A stretch of DNA of 64,000 nt from Candidatus Amesbacteria bacterium RIFCSPLOWO2_01_FULL_48_25 (GCA_001773695.1 MEXN01000003.1:25547-89546), one strand, 5' to 3'. Shown: positions 39,235 through 48,947, counted from the first letter of the stretch. Notes: generated by a model from the sequence alone, not told the origin. Made by a program: numbers and translations.

Positions 39235-39870
39235 GTGAAAATAGATATTTTGACACTGTTTCCGGAGATGTTTTCCGGGCCGTTTGACTATTCAATTCTT
39301 CGGCGAGCTCAGGACAAGCAGCTCGTGAAGATTGACATACATAATTTGCGGGATTGGGCGGCGGATAAGTATAAATCGGTCGATGATAGGCCGTACGGTG
39401 GAGGGGCGGGGATGATCCTGAAGGTGGATATTATCGACCGAGCGGTCGCAAGCCTCAAATCCCAGGCCTCAAATCCCAAAATAATATTGCTGGATGCAGG
39501 GGGAAAGAAATACACTCAGGAAAAGGCCGGAGAATTATCCCGGGGAGAACACTTAATCGTCATTTGTGGGCATTATGAGGGGGTGGACCATCGGGTACAT
39601 GAGCACGTTGCTGACGAGGTGATTTCTATAGGCGATTATGTGCTGTCCGGAGGAGAAGTCCCGGCTATGGTGATCGTGGACTCGGTAGTTAGATTATTAC
39701 CGGGAGCATTAGGGAATAAGAAATCCCTGGCCGAGGAATCACATAATAATGAGGAAATCGAATATCCTCAATATACCCGGCCGGAGGAGTATAAGGACTG
39801 GAAAGTGCCGGAAATTTTGCTGTCCGGGGATCACAAGAAAATTGAAGAGTGGAAGAAATTTAGGCAGTAA
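39235..39870 (+). CDS. trmD: tRNA (guanine37-N1)-methyltransferase TrmD
   Basis: 211 aa. MKIDILTLFPEMF...YGGGAGMILKVD...LICGHYEGVDHRV...GDYVLSGGE. This is the characteristic TrmD pattern. Confidence 0.9.
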   Translation: MKIDILTLFPEMFSGPFDYSILRRAQDKQLVKIDIHNLRDWAADKYKSVDDRPYGGGAGMILKVDIIDRAVASLKSQASNPKIILLDAGGKKYTQEKAGELSRGEHLIVICGHYEGVDHRVHEHVADEVISIGDYVLSGGEVPAMVIVDSVVRLLPGALGNKKSLAEESHNNEEIEYPQYTRPEEYKDWKVPEILLSGDHKKIEEWKKFRQ

Positions 39871-40732
39871 ATCCGTCTTTGATTAATCTGTCTTCGATAT
39901 CCTGCCAGGTACCGTAGCTCATTCCTAATTTTTCTTGTGTTCTTATTGGATTTAGCCCTCCATATTGGAGATAGCGGTTCGGATCTACGCTTGTAGTTTT
40001 AATTTGACTAGTGTCGTGACCGAGCTTTTGTAAGAAGCGGGTAATAATATTATAAGCTGTACCGGTGTTTGTGGCACTGATATGAAATATACCCGTAAGT
40101 CCTTCGTTGATTATCTTAATCAAAGACTCTGATACGTCTGGTATCAGACTTAATGATAACCATTGGTCTATAAAAAGTGGATAGAGATTCCCTACGATAT
40201 ATCTTTCGAGTGGGCCGTGTAAGTAATCGGGTTTTGGGGGAAATCTTTTTGGACCAACTGGGCTATTTATCCTGACTATCGCGTGTCTTTGGTTTTGTGG
40301 ATCCAAAAGTCTTTCAGCCAGATTTTTAGATTGACTGTAGACTAGAGTTAATCGGTCAGGATCCGGAAGAGGATGGTTTTCCGCGTATGGGCCACGGTCA
40401 TCTGCTGTTCCTGGAAAGACCATTTCGGTGGAAATTTGAATAAAGTGAGTGTGTGAGGGAAGATGTTTGAGTATATTTTCTACTCCACCTACATTTACCT
40501 TAAGGCATCTTTGGGCTTCTTCTTGGGCTTTTGAAACACTGGTATAGGCTGCAAAGTTGACAACATCTGTAAAAGTATGAGCAGCAAAATAATTTCGAAC
40601 TGAGGGTTCGCTAGCGATATCAAGCTCATTTGGAAGAGGAGCGCTAACATGGTATTTACTACCATATCTGCCTATAAAGTCAGACCCGACTAAACCTGTG
40701 GCGCCGGTGACTAGAATTTTTTCACCATTCAC
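39860..40732 (-). CDS. rmlD: dTDP-4-dehydrorhamnose reductase (RmlD-like NAD(P)-dependent reductase)
   Basis: 290 aa. KILVTGATGLVGSDF is a Rossmann motif, followed by YSQSK (YxxxK). Context with rmlA, rmlB and rmlC supports the call. Confidence 0.65.
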   Translation of the reverse strand: MNGEKILVTGATGLVGSDFIGRYGSKYHVSAPLPNELDIASEPSVRNYFAAHTFTDVVNFAAYTSVSKAQEEAQRCLKVNVGGVENILKHLPSHTHFIQISTEMVFPGTADDRGPYAENHPLPDPDRLTLVYSQSKNLAERLLDPQNQRHAIVRINSPVGPKRFPPKPDYLHGPLERYIVGNLYPLFIDQWLSLSLIPDVSESLIKIINEGLTGIFHISATNTGTAYNIITRFLQKLGHDTSQIKTTSVDPNRYLQYGGLNPIRTQEKLGMSYGTWQDIEDRLIKDGFTA

Positions 40733-41279
40733 TTTTAGGCTGCCAGATATCTGTTAAGAGAGTTTGCGTGGAAATCTTAAAGTTATCTGAAGTGTCTGGG
40801 GAGCTGAGAAGATTTATTATAATCGAATTTTCTTCCAGGGCTTTCCAGCCCTTGAGGACAACAGGAGGGATTTTTATAAACAACGGGTTTTTACTGCTAG
40901 CGATAAATTGATTAACATGGCCGAAGGACCGGCTTTCTTTTCTCAAATCTATGAGGACTATTTGCATTTTGCCAGCCAGACAAACGAATTGGCTGAAAGT
41001 CTTTTCGTGCCAATGCCAACCTTTTGTGATGTCTTTATCTGTGAGGTTGTAGTAGATGTGCTCTGGCTTAAGTATGTTTTTGTCTTCCCATTTCAAGCTC
41101 CAAATTTCTGTTAGGTCCCCTCTCCCATCCGCAAGAGTTTTTAGTTTTTTTACATAGACACCTTGAATGGTGGGGTCTGACCAAACGGATTGGATCTGAA
41201 GTCGGATATCTTTGAATTTTTCGGGGTCAAAACTAGTAGTTTTTCCCATAGATTTTTTCATAAGCTTTGCGATATTCAC
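40722..41279 (-). CDS. rmlC: dTDP-4-dehydrorhamnose 3,5-epimerase (RmlC, cupin). The start is uncertain and may be at 41261 or 41249.
   Basis: About 175-185 aa. DGRGDLTEIW...KGWHWHEKTFSQFVCLAGKMQIVLIDLRKESRSFG is cupin-fold RmlC-like. It lies between rmlB and rmlD. Confidence 0.6.
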   Translation of the reverse strand: MNIAKLMKKSMGKTTSFDPEKFKDIRLQIQSVWSDPTIQGVYVKKLKTLADGRGDLTEIWSLKWEDKNILKPEHIYYNLTDKDITKGWHWHEKTFSQFVCLAGKMQIVLIDLRKESRSFGHVNQFIASSKNPLFIKIPPVVLKGWKALEENSIIINLLSSPDTSDNFKISTQTLLTDIWQPKSEW

Positions 41280-42249
41280 CGGATTTTATCTTCTTCCACC
41301 ACCGAGTATTTTTCATATACCACTCGACGGTGAGGCGGATCGACTGGTCTAGGGAATATTTGGGCTTCCAGCCTAACTTACCTATTTTAGTCCAGTCCAC
41401 GGCGTATTTACGATCGTGGCCGGGGCGATCTGTGACAAATTCCATCCAATCCCCAGGTATATCCATAACTTTGATAATTTTACTCAGGAGTTGAATATTG
41501 TTGATTTCCCGGTGATCAGAGCCGATCAAATACCTCTCGCCCGGTTTACCTTTTTTCAGGATAACGTCGATGGCCCGGCAATGATCGATCACATAAATCC
41601 AATCCCGAATGTTTTTGCCGGTGCCATATACGGGAACTTTTTTGCCCTCGAGAATGTTGGTGATGGCCAAGGGGACAAACTTCTCCGGATATTGGTATGG
41701 ACCGATATTGTTGGTGCAGTTAGATATCGTGGCCGGCAAGTGATGAGTGTGAAGATAGGCCATAATAAACATTTCGGCAGAGGCTTTGGAAGCGGCGTAT
41801 TCATTACTGGGGTTAAGTAAAGTCTCGGCCGTAAATTTGTGCTTGTCATTAATGGCCAAGTCCCCAAAAACTTCGTCTGTCGATATTTGGTGAAATCGCT
41901 TAACTTGGTACTTAAGACAGGCTTCGAGGAGGTTGCGGGTACCAATGATGTTGCTGTTTATAAATTCGTTAGGCTCGTATAAGGAGCGGTCGACGTGAGT
42001 CTGGGCGGCAAAATTGACAACCACATCTACCCCTTGCTTGAATATCGGTTCAATCTCATCATAGCGGCTGATGTCTGAGTGATAAAATTTGTATTTGGGG
42101 CTTTTCTCAATATCGCGGAGATTATCGAGGTTGCCGCTGTACTTGAGGGCGTCTAAATTGATGACTATGTCTTTGGGGTAATTATCCAGCCAATAGTGAA
42201 CAATGTTGCTGCCGATAAAGCCCGCGCCGCCGGTAATTAAGACTTTCAT
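41233..42249 (-). CDS. rmlB: dTDP-glucose 4,6-dehydratase (RmlB)
   Basis: 338 aa. MKVLITGGAGFIGSN...VINLDALKYSGNLDNL...ISTDEVFG...YAASKA...DHREINN...RPGHDRKYA. Confidence 0.85.
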   Translation of the reverse strand: MKVLITGGAGFIGSNIVHYWLDNYPKDIVINLDALKYSGNLDNLRDIEKSPKYKFYHSDISRYDEIEPIFKQGVDVVVNFAAQTHVDRSLYEPNEFINSNIIGTRNLLEACLKYQVKRFHQISTDEVFGDLAINDKHKFTAETLLNPSNEYAASKASAEMFIMAYLHTHHLPATISNCTNNIGPYQYPEKFVPLAITNILEGKKVPVYGTGKNIRDWIYVIDHCRAIDVILKKGKPGERYLIGSDHREINNIQLLSKIIKVMDIPGDWMEFVTDRPGHDRKYAVDWTKIGKLGWKPKYSLDQSIRLTVEWYMKNTRWWKKIKSGEYRKAYEKIYGKNY

Positions 42250-42977
42250 ACTTTGAGGCCTTTTTCTTTAGCCCAATATACATTGGCCGCCAGAAGACTG
42301 TCAAAAGTGCCAACATCATGCCAATAGCCCTTGAGCTCCTCCCACTTCATACTGCCGTCCCGAATGTAATAATTTTGAACATCGGTGATTTCTAGTTGTC
42401 CCCTTTTGGAGAGTTTAAGTTTGCGGGCCACGCTAAAACAGCGATGATCAAAAAGATAAAGTCCGACCGATGCGTATTGAGAGGGAGGGTGGACAGGTTT
42501 TTCGACAATGCCAACAAGTTTTTTAGGGTGGTTTTTATCGAATACCGGAACGCCGAAACGCTCGGGATCGGGGACTTTTTTGAGAAACATCACTGAACCT
42601 GTGGTAAATGAGGTTACAGACTTGGAAATATCGGCATCAGTAACATTGTCTCCCAGAATAAAGGTTATGGGTTTACCCTCGGCGAAATCTTCGGCGACCT
42701 TGAGGCCGTCTGCTAGGCCCCCGGTCGGATTATCTTGATACCCATACTCGAGATGATTAAGACCTAATTCCTTGCCATTTTTCAAAATGCTTATGAACTG
42801 TCCCGAATGGGGGCCGCTGACGACGATCATCGCCTCTCTTATCCCGGCCCTGACCAGCGTCCGGATGGGGTAATAGATCATGGGCTCGTCGTAGATGGGA
42901 AGGAGGTGTTTATTGGTAGCGTATGTGAGAGGATAAAGCCGGGTGCCCAGCCCACCAGCGAGAATTACTCCTTTCAT
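42246..42977 (-). CDS. rmlA: Glucose-1-phosphate thymidylyltransferase (RmlA, short form)
   Basis: 243 aa. MKGVILAGGLGTRLYPLTYATNKHLLPIYDEPMIYYPIRTLVRAGIREAMIV. ATGA overlaps at both ends. Confidence 0.8.
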   Translation of the reverse strand: MKGVILAGGLGTRLYPLTYATNKHLLPIYDEPMIYYPIRTLVRAGIREAMIVVSGPHSGQFISILKNGKELGLNHLEYGYQDNPTGGLADGLKVAEDFAEGKPITFILGDNVTDADISKSVTSFTTGSVMFLKKVPDPERFGVPVFDKNHPKKLVGIVEKPVHPPSQYASVGLYLFDHRCFSVARKLKLSKRGQLEITDVQNYYIRDGSMKWEELKGYWHDVGTFDSLLAANVYWAKEKGLKV

Positions 42978-43546
42978 GATGAGGTGGATTGTAGCATAAA
43001 CCTGGCCTTTTTTTGATAGGTGGAGCCGGAGCGGGAGAGAAAGCTTTCGTAGAGAGTAATGTGGTCTACGGTAAATTTTGGGAGTGGGGAAAATTCGTAA
43101 TCGTCGATTTGACCTAGGTACCGTTTGGTGAGAGCGGGGTCTTGGCGGCGAAGTTTGCCAATTGTAATGTGAGGCAAAAACCGTATAGGTTGAGGAAATT
43201 TGATTTTAGATAGAGATAGTGATAGCGATTTTTGAAAATCTAACAACTCTGGTGAGGAAGCCGCTAGATATATTAGCGATGGTTCATGCCGCTGATATAA
43301 AGTTTCTAAAAAATGAGGAGTTAAGGTCAAAGGCGGATAGGATGAGACCACTCTATTGAGAGTTTTTTCGACCAGGGGAATATCTTTTTCTTCTACCCGA
43401 CCGAGAAAATTTAGTGTTAGGTGCATTTTTTGAGGTTTCTCCCAGTCCACTGGTAAGTTTAATCTGGAAAGACTTGTTTGAAGAACAACAACATTTTCAA
43501 GTGTGGTTTCAGGCAGGTCGAGGGCAATAAAAAGTCGGTGTTTCAA
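42974..43546 (-). CDS. thpR: RNA 2',3'-cyclic phosphodiesterase (ThpR/LigT, 2H phosphoesterase)
   Basis: 190 aa. Two H-x-T/S-x motifs: HLTLNFLG and HITIG. Starts RLFIALDLPE. Confidence 0.7.
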   Translation of the reverse strand: MKHRLFIALDLPETTLENVVVLQTSLSRLNLPVDWEKPQKMHLTLNFLGRVEEKDIPLVEKTLNRVVSSYPPLTLTPHFLETLYQRHEPSLIYLAASSPELLDFQKSLSLSLSKIKFPQPIRFLPHITIGKLRRQDPALTKRYLGQIDDYEFSPLPKFTVDHITLYESFLSRSGSTYQKKARFMLQSTSS

Positions 43547-43821
43547 GTCCTAAGAAGAAGTGAGCCAAAGAGTAACACGGCAAATAAAGCGACCAGGACA
43601 TATTCGAAAATAATCTTGAAATGTAGATCCCGATGCTGGTGGTGATGTACGACTCCCCAAACTACGTACGCCACTGCCATACTGAGTAATATGGTAAATT
43701 GCATGGCGTGGTCGTAATTGAACCAAAACAAACCCCACAACCCCACCAGCTGCAAGCTTAAAAGGGTAAAGTAGTGGAGCGGGTGGCGGGATAAATCTTT
43801 CTCAAAAAGAATTTGGGTCAT
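43543..43821 (-). CDS. Small membrane protein, hypothetical
   Basis: 92 aa, 3 predicted TM helices, HHHQH cluster. Confidence 0.35.
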   Translation of the reverse strand: MTQILFEKDLSRHPLHYFTLLSLQLVGLWGLFWFNYDHAMQFTILLSMAVAYVVWGVVHHHQHRDLHFKIIFEYVLVALFAVLLFGSLLLRT

Positions 43822-43832
43822 AATTTTTTATT

Positions 43833-44720
43833 TTACAGGATCTGACCCTGTAACACAGTAAATGCAGCGACTAAGAGAACAGAAATAAAGATGAGATGAG
43901 CGGGGCTACGGCTAGTCCAGCGAATTATCTGTCCTCGTCGAACTAAAACCACATCCACCAACAAAACCGTTGCGATAACGGCAAGTAAGGAAAGAGAGAT
44001 GGCCCGAGTGATATCAAACGGGTTGGCCACGGGTGTAGCCGAAAAGATCGATTGGGGAGGGACCTGGACTTGCATGACGGCTACGGCCGGGGCTGAGGCT
44101 GCTGGCTCTTCCTGCGCCTGGACGGTAAACGAGGCCTGGCGGCTTACGGCCGGGACCGCGGATAAGCGGGTGCCTAATAACTGGACTACCAAAGTTGTAT
44201 CACGACCACTAAGCTGGCCATCTACTACGGCGACACCAATATCTTGATATTTAGAGCTTAAGAGATTTTCCCGATGGGTGGGAGAGTCCACCCAGGCTTG
44301 GACTATTGAGCCGGGGTTTGAAAAATCCCGGGCCAAGTTTTCCCCAGCGTAGCGATAGGAGTAGCCAACTTCGGTAAAAAAGTACCAGGGAAGCGTGCCT
44401 ATAGGCGAGACGTGGGCCCAGTAGTCGCGGGCAAACATGTCTGCGGCTTTGAGAACGGCGGCCTGGGTAAGCTCGCTATCCAACTTGAGGGCGGGTAGAC
44501 CTTGGGACTCGCGATTGACATTTGTGAGGCGAACAATTTCAGCGGGCGGAATTTGCGAGGCATACCCTAAAATTGCGGGGTAAGACGAAGATACATAATT
44601 GATGGCAATTTGGACTAGAGTAAAGAAGCCTATGATAAGGCCGAAGGAACTGGGATGGAGGAGTTTGGCGCGTTGATTGTTGGACTCGTGCGGCAGGAAC
44701 AAGTGTCTAAACCAGGACAT
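43833..44720 (-). CDS. CAP/SCP (PR-1-like, YkwD-type) domain protein with N- and C-terminal membrane segments
   Basis: Start trimmed to MSWFRHLF at 44720. YWAHVSPIG...GENLARDFSNPGSIVQAWVDSPTHRENLLSSKYQDIGVAVV is a CAP-domain signature. Then an A/V/Q-rich linker and a C-terminal hydrophobic segment followed by RRGQ. Confidence 0.6.
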   Translation of the reverse strand: MSWFRHLFLPHESNNQRAKLLHPSSFGLIIGFFTLVQIAINYVSSSYPAILGYASQIPPAEIVRLTNVNRESQGLPALKLDSELTQAAVLKAADMFARDYWAHVSPIGTLPWYFFTEVGYSYRYAGENLARDFSNPGSIVQAWVDSPTHRENLLSSKYQDIGVAVVDGQLSGRDTTLVVQLLGTRLSAVPAVSRQASFTVQAQEEPAASAPAVAVMQVQVPPQSIFSATPVANPFDITRAISLSLLAVIATVLLVDVVLVRRGQIIRWTSRSPAHLIFISVLLVAAFTVLQGQIL

Positions 44721-44739
44721 TGACCCTATTATGAAGAAT

Positions 44740-45303
44740 TTAGAACGGCTTGGCAACAATGACGAGTCGGAGAGAGTCGAGAAAACCGGTGCAGGTAAAA
44801 ATGGTGAGCCGGGTATCTTGAGTCGCCTGGATAATGTCGATTTGACTGGGTTTGACAATAGATATGTCTGTAATTGAGAAAACCTCGGAGTGCCCATCTG
44901 CATAAATAATGGTTACCAATTGTCCCTCTTTCGCATCTTGGAGATTTTTAAAAATATTTGGCCAGTTGTGTCCATATATGACTGAGTTTCCCTGCTGGCC
45001 CGGAAGAACCGAGGTCGTCAAATATGAGACACCTTTAGATGTATAATCCCAGCGATTATTACGAATTTTGGCCGGATAAATGGGTAGAGTGAGGTTTAGT
45101 TCGTGGATGATAAAGGTTTGAGGGGAGGAAGCAGGAGCGCTGGTCCAAACTTCTCCCGGGGCGGCTGAAGCTGTGATGGGAGCATATCGCTGCCAAAGCA
45201 AAAAACCTGCCCAGGTAAAGCAGGTTAGGGATATCAAAAGTAATATCCAGAAGAAAACGTTACGCACTTTGTTTTGGGCGACGAAAGAGCATTGCCAAGA
45301 CAC
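44740..45303 (-). CDS. Sortase (transpeptidase), possibly class E-like
   Basis: 187 aa. N-terminal TM anchor; catalytic His in NSVIYGHNWPNIF; TLxTC motif RLTIFTCTG; C-terminal R. Confidence 0.7.
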   Translation of the reverse strand: MSWQCSFVAQNKVRNVFFWILLLISLTCFTWAGFLLWQRYAPITASAAPGEVWTSAPASSPQTFIIHELNLTLPIYPAKIRNNRWDYTSKGVSYLTTSVLPGQQGNSVIYGHNWPNIFKNLQDAKEGQLVTIIYADGHSEVFSITDISIVKPSQIDIIQATQDTRLTIFTCTGFLDSLRLVIVAKPF

Positions 45304-46114
45304 CCGCGGATAAGCCTAGCAAAATCAGGGTTAGAAGAGGGGCAAGGCTTCCGGTTGAGGCCAGTCCCAAGACTTGACCCCCAGTGGCCTGGCTTGGAGT
45401 AGCCCAGTCCCCGGGCATACAATTATTTACAGCGCGGAGGGCAAAGTAATAAGATTGGCTTGGATCCAGAGAGCCGATGGTGTAAGTGGTGACATTCCCC
45501 GTATTGGAAACGCCATAAATATAGTCGTCGGTCTTTAATCCGTATCCGATGGTGTAGTGGGACGCATTGGGGACGGTAGACCAAGAAAGAGTGGCGGTTG
45601 AACCGGAACGATTGACTGAAACCGAGGCCGGAGTGCCTGGTTTGGCCGAGTCACAAACAGGGGCTGGTCCGGCCTGGGCTTGGGAAAATCCGCTTTCCCC
45701 TCCCCCGCCACAATTGAAGTTGCTGTTTTGAGCCAGATAAGAAACCGGGTCCAGTCCCCAGGCTGAGCCGTCAGGAATAACGATCCATCCCAGCTTGGTG
45801 AGCTGGTCGATTTGATCTTGGGATAGACTGTCTTGCTTCCACCAGTTGGTTTGGATACCGGCGCCCGTGGCGGCACAAAAACATTGGACTAATTGGGAGT
45901 TGGAAACGGTGTAAACTACATCGCTGCCTACGTATTGACCCGCATCGCCCGGAATACCGTGAACTCCCGAGGAGTAGCTGACTTTGACTGAACCTGAAGG
46001 GCTTGTGCAGCTGGGGAACTGGGGAATATCGATAGCAAACACTGGCCGGCTGAAGGCGATCACCAAACCCGCTAAAACTAGGGCATGGATAATGAAACGA
46101 CCAAGATTTCTCAT
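45260..46114 (-). CDS. Secreted surface protein with FN3 domain and C-terminal LAXTG-type sorting signal (putative sortase substrate)
   Basis: 284 aa. Signal peptide. FN3-like TATLSWSTVPNASHYTIGYG...YYFALRAVNN. C-terminal GLASTG, a hydrophobic stretch LAPLLTLILLGLSAGVLAMLF, then RRPKQSA. This is a tripartite cell-wall sorting signal. Confidence 0.6.
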   Translation of the reverse strand: MRNLGRFIIHALVLAGLVIAFSRPVFAIDIPQFPSCTSPSGSVKVSYSSGVHGIPGDAGQYVGSDVVYTVSNSQLVQCFCAATGAGIQTNWWKQDSLSQDQIDQLTKLGWIVIPDGSAWGLDPVSYLAQNSNFNCGGGGESGFSQAQAGPAPVCDSAKPGTPASVSVNRSGSTATLSWSTVPNASHYTIGYGLKTDDYIYGVSNTGNVTTYTIGSLDPSQSYYFALRAVNNCMPGDWATPSQATGGQVLGLASTGSLAPLLTLILLGLSAGVLAMLFRRPKQSA

Positions 46115-46131
46115 CTTATGATGAGCAGGAG

Positions 46132-47364
46132 TTAGTGGAGTATACTCTTCTTAAGCTGCAAAAGCAAGTATTTGAGTCTAAAGAGTATTCCTTCGTGGAC
46201 TTTTTTTACTATAATACGGTGTATTTGGTTTTCCGAGTAGTTGTGGTATTCAGTTGAGTAGTAGCCTGGCGCGGATATTAGGAGGGGATTGTTCTCTTCT
46301 AGATAGGCCAGCTGGAATCTGCCTTGAGAGTCTGTCTGAACGGTGCGAACAGTTGAGAATATTTGGGCTTTAGCCACCGGCTCGTCTAGAGCGTTGACAA
46401 TAATCCCGGAGATGGTTTTGGGAATGTAGTAGGAAGTCAACATACCTACAGCAGACCTGGATTTACCACTAGTGCTCCACAACTGGGTTGAACCACCAAC
46501 GCTGGTCCAATAATTGACGCCGATGACTGATTTTGTCAGACTAAGCCCTCTCAGAGCCGAATCCAGCCAGCCGGACTGCTGGATTTCGGTCATATTCCCA
46601 TGTAAGTCTTTGATGGGTACCCCAAATTCCCCTAAAATAATTTGGGCGCCTGTTTTGGAAGATAAGTCAGAAAGATCGTTAACTAGTTTTTGGGGAGAGG
46701 AAACGTAGTGGTCAACGGCGATAATCCCCCCCAGTCCGGCTGATGTGGACGAATCCATAATGAGCTTGGCTACGTCTAGGTTGTGAGAGTTGAGCACCAA
46801 AACTTGTTTGTTGATTTTAGTAAATGCGGTAGAGGCTTTTGAATATTGCTGGAGAAGAAAGCCTCTGTAACCAGATACATCTCCGGTGTGCCTGGGGTCG
46901 CCAATTCCGCCGTTCTCACACTCCGGACAGGGAGAGAAAACATCCCCGTCGGCAAACATTTTTGGATGGCTGGTTATAAATTTTTCCGTTTGAATTAATA
47001 GGTCTTCTCTGGATATGGAGGGATAGTTGAACCAACGTTCCCAGCCGGACCAATTGCCACGAAACCATACCCCGAGGTTGTATTTGCGAGCGGTGGATAC
47101 CCAGCGGGATAGGAAAGGGTAAAATTCTTCGTCATAAGGGGTGGCAATGGCCACGTAGGTGGCGCCGGTAGCGGCAATGTTTTTGATTTGCTGGTCTATG
47201 ACTGCATCGAATTTGTTATCGTTTAACTTCTCCCGGGCTAGATCACGAGAATACTTCATGGTATCCACCGATTGAATTTGCCAAAGAGTGGTCCGGGGAG
47301 CGGCATGTATTGTCTGGACAGAGATGGCTAACGCTAACGGCAGTAGAAATATTGCGGCCATCAT
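46132..47364 (-). CDS. Secreted glycoside-hydrolase-like protein (TIM-barrel-like, GEFG motif) with a C-terminal carboxypeptidase-regulatory-like beta-sandwich
   Basis: 410 aa. Signal peptide. ILGEFGVP and PECENGG are possible catalytic motifs. The C-terminal GIIVNALDEPVAKAQIFS...TDSQGRFQL is CarboxypepD_reg-like. Family assignment is uncertain. Confidence 0.4.
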   Translation of the reverse strand: MMAAIFLLPLALAISVQTIHAAPRTTLWQIQSVDTMKYSRDLAREKLNDNKFDAVIDQQIKNIAATGATYVAIATPYDEEFYPFLSRWVSTARKYNLGVWFRGNWSGWERWFNYPSISREDLLIQTEKFITSHPKMFADGDVFSPCPECENGGIGDPRHTGDVSGYRGFLLQQYSKASTAFTKINKQVLVLNSHNLDVAKLIMDSSTSAGLGGIIAVDHYVSSPQKLVNDLSDLSSKTGAQIILGEFGVPIKDLHGNMTEIQQSGWLDSALRGLSLTKSVIGVNYWTSVGGSTQLWSTSGKSRSAVGMLTSYYIPKTISGIIVNALDEPVAKAQIFSTVRTVQTDSQGRFQLAYLEENNPLLISAPGYYSTEYHNYSENQIHRIIVKKVHEGILFRLKYLLLQLKKSILH

Positions 47365-48947
47365 TTTTGATTTTTAAATACGGGTTGGTATTGGAGCTGG
47401 GAGAGATAATCGGATCTTATTTCGTAGACGTCGGCGAAGGGTAAATGGAATAATAGGTCATAGCTGGAAAAACCCTGGGTGCGACTGACGAACTTCCAAG
47501 TAAGATCATTGTCATCGTAGGTGCGCATAATAATCCACCTGGCCCACCGTTCCGGGGCAGTTGTCGCCGCTTCCCAATATGCCCCGGTGCCTTCATGGAT
47601 AAACCGTTTCATGGGTAGGCCCGATGAGAAGATAATGGCGTCGTGCGAGGCTGCCGAAATGAGGATAAATCCGGGCTGGTTTTTGGCATATGTATTTAAA
47701 AACCCGGCTACCTCAGAAACGTTTTTTTGGCTGGCGCCCACCCGGGCATCGTCTATGGTCACTGCGTCCTGGTTGGCCATGGCAAAGAACAGGACGAAGG
47801 CGGTCAGGCCCACGACGGTCCAGCGAAGGTGTCCGGCCTTGTGGACTAAAAAGCCCAAGAAGATAGCGATGGAGGGCATAAGCATGACTCCGTAGCGGAC
47901 ATTAAACCAGGTGTTTCCAGACAAACCTTGGACAAAAAGAACCGAAAAGCCTAAATATAGTGCCAGTATATTAAAGGCCAATGGGGCCAGGAGGGTGAGG
48001 CTGGCAAGCTTGGTGGATAAAGATAGTGCTTTATCCTTAAGTAAAATTATTGCCCCTATTAGACCAAGGATGGCAGGGAGAGTATAAGAGTTGTACATTA
48101 GGGCATAGAAATAGATTTTGGTCGATAGGCCTAGGTTACCTTTGGTAGCTAAAACGCCGGCAGCAGATAATTGAGCTTGTTGAGCGCGAGCGGAAAAGGG
48201 GCCGAAAGCAAAATACAAAGCATCTTTGAAAATCAATTGATTCCATAAAAACCAAAGAGCAATCCCCAATCCCCCCAGAGTGCAAAATATAATGGTCATG
48301 CCTTCGGCGGTAGAGTAATTTTTCTTTTTCCAAGTGTGGAGAGCGACGAGAATTGTCGAGAACAAAAGCAAGAACCAGCCGTCGTAGCGGATAAGAGTGG
48401 ACAACATAATCCAGAAGGCGGACTGAATGAGCTCCAAGAGGTTATCCGTCTGGTGCCAAACCAGAAGCTTGTAACAGCCGGCGGTCATGGTGGCTAAAAG
48501 CATCAGTTCGGTCATGGCCGTGGATTGAAGATATAAAACATTTAAGTTAACGGCAAAAACAGCGACTCCCACCAAGCGACCAAGCGAGCCGACTTTTAAT
48601 CTTTCTAGAAACTTGTAAATCAAAATGCCGGTGGCCACAAAGGCGGCCATAGACTGAATGGCCCCGGAGAGGCCCGAGTGCCACATGAAGTCGTTGCCTA
48701 TCGTGGGAATCATGAGGGCGTGGGTCAGAGGCAGCCAGACGGAACCGAGCTGAGCTAATCCCGGCTTGAGCCCTTCCACCACGCGCCGACCAATATCTAG
48801 GTGCGACCTAGCGTCGTTATAGGCGAGTCCCAGGCCGTTTTGGAGAAACCGCAAATAATAGACTACCGATAAAACTACTAAACTTGTAAAAATCAGCCTG
48901 AGGAAAAGACGGGAAGAGTTAGTGACGTTCATAAGCTGTGTGTCCAA
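47361..48947 (-). CDS. Polytopic membrane protein with C-terminal soluble domain (putative GT-C-type transferase)
   Basis: 528 aa. YNDARSHLDIGRRV...VWLPLTHAL, about 12 TM helices, then a ~130-aa soluble tail. Confidence 0.45.
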   Translation of the reverse strand: MDTQLMNVTNSSRLFLRLIFTSLVVLSVVYYLRFLQNGLGLAYNDARSHLDIGRRVVEGLKPGLAQLGSVWLPLTHALMIPTIGNDFMWHSGLSGAIQSMAAFVATGILIYKFLERLKVGSLGRLVGVAVFAVNLNVLYLQSTAMTELMLLATMTAGCYKLLVWHQTDNLLELIQSAFWIMLSTLIRYDGWFLLLFSTILVALHTWKKKNYSTAEGMTIIFCTLGGLGIALWFLWNQLIFKDALYFAFGPFSARAQQAQLSAAGVLATKGNLGLSTKIYFYALMYNSYTLPAILGLIGAIILLKDKALSLSTKLASLTLLAPLAFNILALYLGFSVLFVQGLSGNTWFNVRYGVMLMPSIAIFLGFLVHKAGHLRWTVVGLTAFVLFFAMANQDAVTIDDARVGASQKNVSEVAGFLNTYAKNQPGFILISAASHDAIIFSSGLPMKRFIHEGTGAYWEAATTAPERWARWIIMRTYDDNDLTWKFVSRTQGFSSYDLLFHLPFADVYEIRSDYLSQLQYQPVFKNQK

